Positions 29,645 through 38,475 are shown, counted from the stretch's first letter. The stretch is DNA of 64,000 bases from an uncultured Pseudomonadota bacterium (GCA_963736885.1 CAVTQN010000007.1:144953-208952); one strand, 5' to 3'. Numbers and translations: made by a program. Notes: generated from the letters alone by a model not told the origin.

Positions 29645-30012
29645 ACGCGCTCCAGAAAACCAACTTGAGCCCAGAAGCCGCGGCAAACATGATGGGCTGG
29701 GACGTATCTGAGACGATTGCGGCATTCGCCAAGATCAGGGACGCGGAAGCCCGGCGGAGAGATTATTACGCGAACGTCGACCCGCGTCCGGGCCAGCTGC
29801 AGATTGATTGGTTCCTTAACTTTTACGAGCTCTCCGAGGCTGAGGGAGATGCCTATGCGCTCCACGTGCGCGCGGTGATCGCCGGCATAAGCGAGGCCGT
29901 GGCGGACGAGCAGCTATATGCGGCTTGGGGAATTTGTGCCGAGGAAAAGGGCCAGTTCTTGACGGCGAGGATCAGAAAAGAGAGCAAGCCGCGCCCTGGG
30001 GAGAAACAATAA
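29641..30012 (+). CDS. Hypothetical protein (123 aa)
   Basis: MNALQKTNLSPEAAANMMGWDVSETIAAFAKIRDAEARRRDYY... The ATG overlaps the upstream stop (GTATGA). No family was recognised. Confidence 0.4.
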   Translation: MNALQKTNLSPEAAANMMGWDVSETIAAFAKIRDAEARRRDYYANVDPRPGQLQIDWFLNFYELSEAEGDAYALHVRAVIAGISEAVADEQLYAAWGICAEEKGQFLTARIRKESKPRPGEKQ

Positions 30013-30238
30013 GGCCCTTCCGTGAACCTGGCGCTCCACCTCCGCGCAAGCCGGGCCGCTAATGATCGTAAGGACTAACCGGGACGGGGGCCCAGTGCCC
30101 CCGTTTGACGAGCCCGACGAATCCGGCCGCTTAGGTCCGCAGCAAGCCAAAATAAGCTGGGCCGACCGTAATGGATACGCCAAGCTTGAGACATTTTCTG
30201 TCTAGCGAGTGCCGGAATGATCCGGGCGTTAACGGTCG

Positions 30239-30485
30239 TTACAACCTTTCGATGCCGATGGCTGCGACGCGCGCTTCCCGCTGCTGAAGCGGGAAGCGTA
30301 CCTTATCTCCCTCGTTCAACTTCTGCAGGCCGGCATGCTGCACAGCACTTATATGGACGAAGATATCGTTGCCGCCATTATCAGGGACGATGAAGCCATA
30401 ACCCTTGCTGGGGTTGAACCATTTTACGATCCCTGTAAAGGGAAGCTGACTCTTGCTGGGTGTCGTTATCCCAAATCAGTTCCAT
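30239..30485 (-). pseudogene. Cold-shock-domain (CspA-family) paralogue lacking an in-frame start
   Basis: My minus-strand translation gives ...[65 protein letters not shown]. The only ATG (30485) is in another frame ([13 protein letters not shown]...). It is not in the ORF track because no start codon is in frame. Confidence 0.6.
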
Positions 30486-30896
30486 GCCGTCACATCCCCG
30501 TGTCCTTTTTTACCAGATTTTATTGTTTTCTTTTGATTGTCAATGGATTCGAACTAAACCGGATAGGTCGAGCCCCTGGATCTCCGGGGGGCGGACAGCC
30601 GTTAGGACTGGGCGCCGTCGACCGTCGGTTTAAGCGCCTCTCAGCCCGTTTTCTGCCCGCGCTATTGCGAGGAAAATCAACCAAAATAGTATATTACTTT
30701 TGCGTGAAAGGTAATGGGGCAGTTTGAATTTCCGCTGACTAGCCAAGTCGGGCATAGGCCGGCATAGCAGGTGATTTCAGGAACGGACGTTCAGCGGTGC
30801 CCAGTACCGACAGCAAAGCGCCCGGGCCGATCAGAAACTCTTTAGATGGCGATAAAAGTTTTTTAAATCCTGCTATCCAGCCGAGAATTGTGGCAC

Positions 30897-31226
30897 TCAA
30901 AGGCCAGGAATTGGCAATGAAACTGAGGAAGAGCAGAATTCAAGCCCAATCTGGTTTCCTTCCACCCAGCATGCCCGGACTGGCCGTATGATGTCGCCGT
31001 TCATCTGTAGGAAGCCGAACTCCTGGATGCCTGTCGCGGCAACTTCAATGCACACGCCACTTTCCGATATATTGCGGACCAGGCAATCAACCGATACGAG
31101 CACAACCTCGGCGCTGTAAGTCAATTTCGCCGACTTGAGAACACGTTTTCCTAACCGGAGCCGATCTGCCCGTCGTTTCTCCATAGGCGGCGCATTCAGC
31201 TCCGGTGTTGGATCAGTTTCCGACAT
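30897..31226 (-). CDS. Single-domain PilZ (c-di-GMP-binding) protein
   Basis: It has the RRADRLR (RxxxR) and VRNISESGVCIEV (D/NxSxxG) motifs. The protein is 109 aa. Confidence 0.7.
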   Translation of the reverse strand: MSETDPTPELNAPPMEKRRADRLRLGKRVLKSAKLTYSAEVVLVSVDCLVRNISESGVCIEVAATGIQEFGFLQMNGDIIRPVRACWVEGNQIGLEFCSSSVSLPIPGL

Positions 31227-31316
31227 AAGAATGATTGTATCAAAATCGTAACAACAAGGTAGTTAAGAAATATTAACTTGATATAAGAATGCATTTTTAA
31301 GAACAATTTTATCTTT

Positions 31317-31522
31317 TCATGAATATATTTCTTTCTGTTTTGATTGTTTGAGAATGCCTGTGGCGCGGCATCGTGAAGCACGGGGCAGGTGGATACGGTC
31401 ATTGTCCAGACGCCCGGCTGGATCAGCATTGTCCGTGAGCGGTCCCGGAAGGTATGGCTCAGCGAGGCCGCGATATTGGTTGGCGTCTTCAGCTTGGCGG
31501 TGCGAAGGATGCAATAGGACAT
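31317..31522 (-). pseudogene. N-terminal fragment of a MobV/Pre-type relaxase (frameshifted and truncated)
   Basis: MSYCILRTAKLKTPTNIAASLSHTFRDR (ORF 31196..31522) matches the conserved Pre/Mob N-terminus. It continues as TDNADPAGR... in ORF 31317..31514. No further relaxase sequence follows. Confidence 0.5.
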
Positions 31523-31684
31523 GCCATGATGATATTCAGCCGCCCAGCAAGCAACGAATGAGGGTTTGCCAAGGGGGGGGGATCGGCCGTCGAGGTGTAC
31601 TCACTACACCTTTCCGGCGCTGCTTATTCCGGCCGGCAGCGGATGATGTGCTACGGATTGTGGCGCGGGGTGAGCGGGGGACGG

Positions 31685-31885
31685 GTGAGACTTTGGATCA
31701 TTATTATAGGTGCTATGCTGCTTGCCGCGGGCTTGTTTTGGCCATGGCTTGCTAAGCTTGGGCTGGGGCATCTTCCGGGCGACATTGCGATTCGCGGAGA
31801 ACGCTTCTCCTTTTATTTCCCGATCACCACCTGTATCCTTCTCAGCGTAGTGCTCTCAATCCTGTTCTGGTTGCTTCGCCGCTGA
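31685..31885 (+). CDS. DUF2905-family small membrane protein
   Basis: ...LGHLPGDIAIRGERFSFYFPITTCILLSVVLSILFWLLRR. The GTG 31685 start is chosen over upstream in-frame starts (31595/31643). Confidence 0.6.
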   Translation: MRLWIIIIGAMLLAAGLFWPWLAKLGLGHLPGDIAIRGERFSFYFPITTCILLSVVLSILFWLLRR

Positions 31886-32051
31886 GATAGAACGGGGCTT
31901 AAGCTGCTGCCAAAGTCCGCAACCCTATCAATACATATTTGCATAGCTTTGCACCCGCATGCAGGAAAACAGTGTGGTTTGGATTGTGGGACAGGAGTGG
32001 TCTTCAATATAATGTATTGATTTAGTTATATAAAATAGCCTTATGGACGGA

Positions 32052-32065
32052 CACCTCTTCCGCCA
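32052..32065 (+). repeat. attR core (direct repeat of tRNA-Ser 3' end)
   Basis: CACCTCTTCCGCCA is identical to 16641-16654. An exact 14-mer is expected by chance in 64 kb only about 2e-4 times. Confidence 0.75.
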
Positions 32066-32135
32066 GATGTTTCTCGCAAGCCGTTGCGGCGTTTTGTGAT
32101 CCTGGCCCATTGCGGGACGCATTACGATGCCAGGA

Positions 32136-33563
32136 TCACGCCCTGGAAACCGCCGCGGCGATGTTGGTGCTGAGAGTCTGCGCCTGGACGCGGATATCCG
32201 GCACCGCCAGACATTCCCAGAATTTACCGCGCACCAACGGTCCCAGCGCCCAAAGCCCCGGTACGGGCTGGCCTGAGGCGTCCAAAATATTCAGGTTGGT
32301 ATCAACCTCCAGCCCGAGCTCCAGCCCGTCGAGCCGGGCGGTTTTCGTGCGGACGAGTCCGGCCAGCAGACCATTGCCGCTGCGCATGGATTGCAGGCCG
32401 GTGGCATAGATCACACGCTGCACCCGCAGCGTTTCGCGGGTTCCGGTGGTGCGGTTGGCGATGCTGATGTCCGCTTGGCCGGGGGCGTGCTGTGACATGG
32501 CCTGGATACGCCCGCGCAGCACGCGCAGCTTTCCCTGATTCTGCCATGCTGAAACAGCGGCGGCGGCGCTGGGGGCCATGCGGTGGCGGTGAGTATCCCA
32601 ATAGGGCCGGGCATGGCGCAGGAAGCGGGCTTGCTCGCGAGGCGGCAGCCCGTGCCAGAGTTCTGCGGTGATAGGGCGCAAGCTATCGATGACCGCCCGC
32701 CAGCCCACCCCTTGCGCGGCGGCCAGACGCAGCTCTGCCCGCACCGCCCGTAGCAGGGCGGTGGCGCTGGTGCGCTCGGCCGCGCTGAACTGCGGTGTCG
32801 GCCAAGGCTGGCCCGGAGCTTCATGCGGTTGCGGCAGGAGCCCCCGCCGTGAGAGGGCGGTGACCGGTCCTTCAAACCCGGCGGTTTGAAGGCCGAGAAC
32901 CAGATCCACCATGGTGAGGCCGGTGCCGACGATCAGCACCGGATCGGATTTGTTCAGCCCGCGCAGTGCATCGGCGGCCCATGGATTATGGAAGACCACG
33001 CCATCGCAGGGGCGTTCAGGTGGCAGATTGCCGCAGGCCAGCACGACGCCTGAAGCCTCGATCACTTGGCCGCTCTGGCAGGTGAGCTGCCAGCCTGCTC
33101 CGGCGCGCGCCAGCGCCGTTACCTCCTCGGTCAGCAACTGCACGCTGCCCGCGCCATCGCGCAGCGTTTCGTCCAGCGTTTCCTGCAGATAGCGCCCGTA
33201 AAGCCGCCGGGTGGCGAACAGCCCGGCCACTGTGCGCTGGGCATCGCGGCGCAGAGTCTTCCGGGCAATTTCGAGCCAACGCTCGAAATGACCTGGATCG
33301 TCGGGAAAAGCGCTCATGTTCGCGGCGCGGACATTGAGCAGATGCGGCGCGCTGCTTTGCGCATAGGCGATGCCACGGGCAAAAACGCCGCTGCGCTCGA
33401 TCAGCAGAATGCGTGCTGCGGCGGGCAGAGCGCGGCGCAGACGGATCGCCATCATCGTACCGGAAAACCCGGCGCCGATGATGGCGATGGTGCAGGCGGC
33501 TTGCGGCGCGCTGAGACTGGCTGTGGAAAAGATACACCCGGCGCCCGGCATCTCGGGACTCAC
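32136..33563 (-). CDS. FAD/NAD(P)-binding domain protein (YdhS-like)
   Basis: It has the IAIIGAGFSGTMMAIRL dinucleotide-binding motif and a second LIVGTGLTMVDLV motif. The GTG start overlaps the ssuB stop (GTGA). Confidence 0.7.
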   Translation of the reverse strand: MSPEMPGAGCIFSTASLSAPQAACTIAIIGAGFSGTMMAIRLRRALPAAARILLIERSGVFARGIAYAQSSAPHLLNVRAANMSAFPDDPGHFERWLEIARKTLRRDAQRTVAGLFATRRLYGRYLQETLDETLRDGAGSVQLLTEEVTALARAGAGWQLTCQSGQVIEASGVVLACGNLPPERPCDGVVFHNPWAADALRGLNKSDPVLIVGTGLTMVDLVLGLQTAGFEGPVTALSRRGLLPQPHEAPGQPWPTPQFSAAERTSATALLRAVRAELRLAAAQGVGWRAVIDSLRPITAELWHGLPPREQARFLRHARPYWDTHRHRMAPSAAAAVSAWQNQGKLRVLRGRIQAMSQHAPGQADISIANRTTGTRETLRVQRVIYATGLQSMRSGNGLLAGLVRTKTARLDGLELGLEVDTNLNILDASGQPVPGLWALGPLVRGKFWECLAVPDIRVQAQTLSTNIAAAVSRA

Positions 33564-34309
33564 GCCTCGCGCACGCCCAGCGCTTCCAGCAATTGGGCGC
33601 GCAGGGCTTCGAAGCCCGGGGCGCTGTGGCGGCGCGGACGCGGCAGATGCACTTCGGTATCCAGCCCGATCCGCCCCTGCTCCAGCACCAGAACACGGTC
33701 GGCCAGCAGCAACGCCTCATCCACGTCATGTGTGACGAGCAGCACCGCCGGGCGATGGGCTTTCCAGAGGTCTTCGACCAGACCTTGCATCTTCAGGCGG
33801 GTCAGCGCGTCCAGGGCGGCGAAGGGTTCGTCAAGCAACAGAAGTTGGGGCGCGCGCACCAGGGCGCGGGCCAGGGCGGCGCGCTGCGCCTCACCACCGG
33901 AGAGGGTCAGCGGCCAGGCCTTCAGACGATGGCCCAGCCCCACCTCCGCCAGCGCCGCCTCCGCGCGGGCCTTGGCATTGGCGTGCCGCAAGCCCAAAGT
34001 CACGTTCTGCCAGACGCGCTTCCAGGGCAGCAGGCGCGGCTCCTGAAACACCACGGCGCGGGCGGCGGGAACGGTCAGCACACCCTCCGGCGCCGCATCC
34101 AGCCCGGCCAGCGTGCGCAGCAAGGTGGATTTGCCGGAGCCCGAACGCCCGAGCAGGGCCACGAATTCGCCAGGGCGCAGCGAGAGGTGCAGGTCCTTCA
34201 GCACCGTATTATGGCCAAAAATCCGGCTCAGCCCGCGCACCTCCACGGCATGCGCTTGCGGGGTCACGGGCAGGGTCGCCTCGGCCTGGATATCCGTCAG
34301 CATGTTCAT
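33560..34309 (-). CDS. ssuB: Aliphatic sulfonate ABC transporter ATP-binding protein
   Basis: MNMLTDIQ...LLGRSGSGKSTLLR...LSGGEAQRAALARAL...LLLLDEPFAALD. These are the last 249 aa of ORF 33560..35179. Confidence 0.85.
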   Translation of the reverse strand: MNMLTDIQAEATLPVTPQAHAVEVRGLSRIFGHNTVLKDLHLSLRPGEFVALLGRSGSGKSTLLRTLAGLDAAPEGVLTVPAARAVVFQEPRLLPWKRVWQNVTLGLRHANAKARAEAALAEVGLGHRLKAWPLTLSGGEAQRAALARALVRAPQLLLLDEPFAALDALTRLKMQGLVEDLWKAHRPAVLLVTHDVDEALLLADRVLVLEQGRIGLDTEVHLPRPRRHSAPGFEALRAQLLEALGVREA

Positions 34310-34311
34310 GC

Positions 34312-35134
34312 TCAAATTCCTTTCGTGGTGACGATGGAGGGGCGCCAGACCAGCAGCTTGCGCTCCAGGGCGCGCACGGCCAGGTCGGTGGCCAGGCCCA
34401 GCAGGGCGTAGACGATCAGCCCGTCGAAAATAATGTCGGTGCGCAGAAAATCCCGCGCGTTCATGACCAGATAGCCGATGCCGGCGGAGGCGTTGATCTG
34501 CTCCGCGACCACGAGGCTGATCCAGGAAATACCGAAGGCCTGGCGCAGACCAACGAGAAAGCCGGGCAGGGCGGCGGGCAGGATCACGTGCCAGATGGTT
34601 TCGGCACGCGAGAGCCCGAGCACAGACACGGCCTCGACCAGCTTGCGGTCCGCCCCGCGCACGGCGGAGAAGAGGTTGAGATAGATCGGGAACACAGCGC
34701 CCAGCGCGATGAGCACGATCTTTGGTGTCTCCCCGATGCCGAACCACAGGATCATCAGCGGAATCAGCGCCAGGTGCGGCAGGGTGCGGAGCCATCTGCA
34801 CGGTGGGGTCGATGGCGTCCTCCCCGGCGCGGGAGAGGGCGGCGGCAAGCCCCAGCGCGGTGCCAATGGCGACGCCGAAGGCCAGCCCGATGACCACGCG
34901 CTGCAGCGAGATCAGCAGATTAGGCAGCATCTGGTTGGTGATGATGAGTTGCCAGAAGCTGGTGGCGACCGCGGCAGGTGAGGGCATGGTGCTGGCACTG
35001 AGCAGATGCGCCGATGCCACGGCCTGCCAGGCGCATAAGATCAGCGCGGGCACCATCAGGCGCCGCAATAATGCGGCGGGGATGAGCCGGATGCGCGCGG
35101 ACGCGGCAGGCAGAACGGAGACAGAGGCGGACAT
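34312..35134 (-). pseudogene. ssuC: Sulfonate ABC transporter permease with one frame break near 34788-34795
   Basis: The N-terminal half MSASVSVLPAAS...ISLQRVVIGLAFGVAIGTALGLAAALSRAGEDAIDPTVQM is in the frame of ORF 33560..35179. The C-terminal half LRTLPHLALIPLMILWFGIGETPKIVLIALGAVFPIYLN... is in ORF 34312..34866. Confidence 0.8.
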
Positions 35135-35170
35135 GCGAAACTCCAATGCTGGTAACTCCCCAAATACCCT

Positions 35171-35197
35171 ATTGCACATGTAGATTTAGTGTGCAAT
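35171..35197. promoter_or_regulatory. Perfect dyad ATTGCACA-N11-TGTGCAAT in the ssuC/ssuA divergent intergenic region
   Basis: It has 8-bp perfect inverted arms, lies between the divergent ssu operons, and has a T-N11-A-type architecture compatible with a LysR-type regulator. Confidence 0.45.
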
Positions 35198-35234
35198 TTC
35201 TTCGTCGATCTTAATTTTTGAAGAGTGTGCAGCC

Positions 35235-36188
35235 GTGACAGAGTTTAATCGCCGTTCGCTTCTCGCCACCGCCGCGCTGGCCGCACCGGCCCTGCTGCTG
35301 GGCGCCAAAGCCGCCCGCGCCGCGGCCAAGGGAACATTCCAGATCGGGTACCAGAAATCCTCCGTGACGCTGGTTCTGGCCAAGGCCAAGGGCGTGTTCG
35401 AGGCGAAGCTGGCGCCGCTGGGCTGGGATGTGAACTGGGCGGAATTCAGCTCCGGCCCGCCAATGCTGGAGGCGCTGGCCGCGGGGGCGGTGAATTTCGC
35501 GTTCACGGGTGAGCCGCCGGTGATTTTTGCGCAGGCGGCCAATACAGATATCGTCTATGTCGCGGCGACCAACCCCAGCCCCCGCGCGATCGGTATTCTG
35601 AAGCCGGCCGGCAGCACGCTGGCTTCGGTGGCGGCGTTGAAGGGCAAGACCGTCGCCGTGGCCAAGGGCTCCAGCGCGCATTACCTGCTGGTTTCGGCCC
35701 TGGCGCATGCGGGGGTGAATTATCAGGACGTGAACAAGGTGTTCCTGCAGCCGGCGGATGCCCGCGCCGCTTTCTCCAGCGGGGCGGTGGATGCCTGGTC
35801 CATCTGGGATCCGTTCTATGCCGGTGCCCAGGCCGCGGGTGGCGTGCTGCTCACGGATGGCACCGGGCTGATGCCCAACCGCGCCTACTACACGGCGGGG
35901 CGGGGTTTTGCGCAGGCGCATCCTGACGTGCTGAATGCCGCCATCGGGGTGCTGAACGATCTCGAAGCCTGGGAGCAGACCCACCAGGCCGAGACGGCTG
36001 CTGCCATCGCGCCGAGTATCGGTTTGCCGGTCCCGGTGCTGGATACCTGGTTCGGCCGGCAGAAATACGGCGTGCATAAGCTGACGCCTGAGATCTTCGC
36101 GGACCAGCAGAAGATCGCCGACGCATTCTTCAAGCTCGGGCTGATTCCGCAGCAGATCAATGTCGCCGCCGATGCGTGGAATGGTTGA
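35235..36188 (+). CDS. ssuA: Sulfonate ABC transporter substrate-binding protein (Tat/Sec signal)
   Basis: MTEFNRRSLLATAALAAPALLLGAKAARA signal, then FQIGYQKSS...NWAEFSSGPPMLEAL... Confidence 0.85.
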   Translation: MTEFNRRSLLATAALAAPALLLGAKAARAAAKGTFQIGYQKSSVTLVLAKAKGVFEAKLAPLGWDVNWAEFSSGPPMLEALAAGAVNFAFTGEPPVIFAQAANTDIVYVAATNPSPRAIGILKPAGSTLASVAALKGKTVAVAKGSSAHYLLVSALAHAGVNYQDVNKVFLQPADARAAFSSGAVDAWSIWDPFYAGAQAAGGVLLTDGTGLMPNRAYYTAGRGFAQAHPDVLNAAIGVLNDLEAWEQTHQAETAAAIAPSIGLPVPVLDTWFGRQKYGVHKLTPEIFADQQKIADAFFKLGLIPQQINVAADAWNG

Positions 36189-36200
36189 GGGAGAGGGAAA

Positions 36201-37373
36201 ATGACAGTGCAACCGGCCACGGATGCGAATATCTTTTGGTTTCTGCCAACCCATGGCGATGGCCGCTATCTCGGCACCAGCATTGGCGCGCGCGAGGTGG
36301 ACCATGCTTATCTCGCCCAGGTCGCCCAGGCGGCGGACCGGCTTGGCTATCATGGCGTGCTGATCCCCACCGGGCGCTCCTGCGAGGATAGCTGGGTGGT
36401 GGCCTCCTCGCTGGTGCCGCTGACCAAACGGTTGCGTTTTCTCATCGCCTTCCGGCCGGGGCTGCTCAACCCCTCCCTGGCGGCGCGCATGGCGGCGACG
36501 TTCGACCGCATCTCGAATGGGCGGCTGCTGATCAATATCGTGACCGGCGGTGATCCCTCGGAGAATGCCGGGGACGGCATCTTCCTGGAACATGCCGAGC
36601 GCTACGAGATCACGCGCGAGTTCCTGGCGATCTGGAAGGCGCTGCTGGCGGGCGAAACCGTGGATTACGAAGGCCGGCATCTGCGGCTGGAGAATGGCAA
36701 TCTGCTGTTTCCGGCGGTGCAGAAGCCGTACCCGCCGCTGTTCTTCGGCGGGTCATCCGAGATTGGCATGGATGTCGCGGGCGAGCATGTCGATACCTAT
36801 CTGAGCTGGGGCGAGCCGCCGCAATTGGTGGGGGAGAAGCTGAAGCAAGCCCAGGCCGCCGCGGCGAAACATGGGCGCAAGCTGAATTTTGGCGTGCGGC
36901 TGCATGTGATCGTGCGGGAGACGGCGAAGGAGGCCTGGGCGGCGGCGGATGCGTTGATCAGCCATGTGGACGATGCCACCATCGCCAAGGCCCAGTCGAA
37001 ATTCGCCGGCATGGATTCGGTCGGTCAGCGCCGCATGGCCGCCCTCCATGGCGGCTCCCGCGACAAGCTGGAGATTTATCCAAACCTATGGGCGGGGGTC
37101 GGGCTGGTGCGCGGTGGCGCGGGCACGGCGCTGGTGGGAGATCCGGAGCAGGTCGCTGGGTTGATAAGGCAATATATGGATGTTGGCGTGGAGAATTTCA
37201 TCTTCTCCGGCTATCCGCATCTGGAGGAAGCGTACCGCGTCGCGGAGCTGGTGTTTCCGCGCCTGAAGCTCAAACACCCGGCCGCTGCCTTCGGCACGCA
37301 GCTCAATGCCGGGCCGTTTGGTGAGGCCGTGGCAAATGATTACCGGCCCCGAGCCGCTCAAGGAGCAAGTTGA
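36201..37373 (+). CDS. ssuD: FMNH2-dependent alkanesulfonate monooxygenase
   Basis: [17 protein letters not shown]...[22 protein letters not shown]...[10 protein letters not shown]. The protein is 390 aa. Confidence 0.88.
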   Translation: MTVQPATDANIFWFLPTHGDGRYLGTSIGAREVDHAYLAQVAQAADRLGYHGVLIPTGRSCEDSWVVASSLVPLTKRLRFLIAFRPGLLNPSLAARMAATFDRISNGRLLINIVTGGDPSENAGDGIFLEHAERYEITREFLAIWKALLAGETVDYEGRHLRLENGNLLFPAVQKPYPPLFFGGSSEIGMDVAGEHVDTYLSWGEPPQLVGEKLKQAQAAAAKHGRKLNFGVRLHVIVRETAKEAWAAADALISHVDDATIAKAQSKFAGMDSVGQRRMAALHGGSRDKLEIYPNLWAGVGLVRGGAGTALVGDPEQVAGLIRQYMDVGVENFIFSGYPHLEEAYRVAELVFPRLKLKHPAAAFGTQLNAGPFGEAVANDYRPRAAQGAS

Positions 37374-37449
37374 ACAAGATCATCGGCTGCCAGCAGATGC
37401 GGGCCTTCCCCGGCTAACTGGCGGCCGATATCTGGCGCGCGATGAACGC

Positions 37450-37880
37450 CTACTGAGCGGCGCCATAAACGCGATTGCCGTCATTGCCCCGGCAGTAGCA
37501 ACGTGCGCCAACTGGTACGCTGACCTCCATGGGGCACATATAGCTGCCGGCGTTACAGGATTGCGCCGCGAAGGCGGAACTGTCTTGAGGCAGCGCTTGT
37601 GGCGCCTGTGGCGCTTGCGGGGGTGGCGACTGTGCAATGTAGCCAGGATAGGGCGAATAATACCCAGGCGGCGGGGGCACATAATAGACCGGGGGTGGCG
37701 GATAATAGACGGGCGGTGGATAATAATATGGCCCAGGCACGAAGACAGGCGCGATGCCAATGCCAACCCCCCAGCCCCCATGCCCCCCCAGCCCCCATGT
37801 GCCAGGGCGTGCCCTGGCAGGGCGCTGATCGCTGCCGCGGCGAGTAAGACTCTAGCAAGACAGTTTGTGGATGGTCTCAT
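37450..37880 (-). pseudogene. Secreted Gly/Trp- then Pro/Tyr-rich small protein with Cys-containing C-terminus; frame broken inside homopolymer tracts
   Basis: The signal peptide MRPSTNCLARVLLAAAAISALPGHALA and GGWGG are in the frame of ORF 37380..37946. GIGIAPVFVPGPYYYPPPVYYPPPPVYYVPPPPGYYSPYPGY...CNAGSYMCPMEVSVPVGARCYCRG is in ORF 37450..37740. The junction lies in C5-C7 runs at 37767-37796. Confidence 0.55.
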
Positions 37881-38218
37881 AATCCTTGTCCTTGGACGAG
37901 GGATCGTCATCTCATAAGAAATTTGGCGCTGCTGCTCGCTTTTCAAGCTCTTGCGGGAAGGCGTGGCGGCGCTTTCTGGCCCTGCTCTCTGACGAAAACC
38001 TCACCGCCCGCAGGTTGTGCGCATGCAGGGCGGATTTAATATAGCTTGTCTTTGATGCTTGCCTGGGGTATATCCTGAATTATCGATCTTGCTACTGAAC
38101 TTTGTTTCCACGTTAACAGCGTCGTTGACGATCTTCCTCTTCAAAATCGATCTTGGATGGCTTGCAGTGCACTCTGTGCTGCGAGTTGAACTTTATGACT
38201 GATTGGAAGGAAATCGTC

Positions 38219-38428
38219 ATGACTATTGGAACTGTAAAATTCTTCAATGCAACGAAGGGTTTTGGCTTTATCAAGCCGGATAACGGCGGCGAAGACGTTT
38301 TCGTGCATATCTCTGCGGTTGAGCGCGGTGGCATGAACGTTATCACCGAAGGCCAGAAGCTGAGCTTTGACATCGTGCAGGATCGCCGTAACGGCAAGAG
38401 CGCCGCTGACAACATCAAGGCCGCTTAA
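38219..38428 (+). CDS. cspA: Cold-shock protein
   Basis: [38 protein letters not shown]... A long (over 100 nt) untranslated leader is typical of csp genes. Confidence 0.92.
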   Translation: MTIGTVKFFNATKGFGFIKPDNGGEDVFVHISAVERGGMNVITEGQKLSFDIVQDRRNGKSAADNIKAA

Positions 38429-38475
38429 GGCTCTGCATTTATGACATCGCCACGGCGATGATCTAGATGGCTATC

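Larger units (their letters stand above)
16641..32065. mobile_element. About 15.4 kb tRNA-Ser-integrated genomic island (decayed satellite/prophage-like element with accessory cargo)
   Basis: It is bounded by an exact 14-bp direct repeat CACCTCTTCCGCCA (tRNA 3' end and 32052-32065). The integrase sits next to the tRNA. It contains phage replication and packaging genes and several AT-rich segments inside otherwise GC-rich DNA. Confidence 0.8.

Noticed and set aside
30335-30727. 130-aa plus-strand ORF
   Set aside because: It is antisense to the cold-shock-domain reading, and the rest lies in an AT-rich leader. The sequence has no protein-like features.
33560-35179. 539-aa ORF read as one protein
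   Set aside because: Only its last 249 aa are SsuB. The N-terminal third is the start of ssuC in its own frame, and the middle is out-of-frame read-through of ssuC.
35211-36680. 489-aa minus-strand ORF spanning ssuA and the start of ssuD
   Set aside because: It is antisense to two well-supported genes and crosses their intergenic gap. Its composition is typical of GC-driven open frames.
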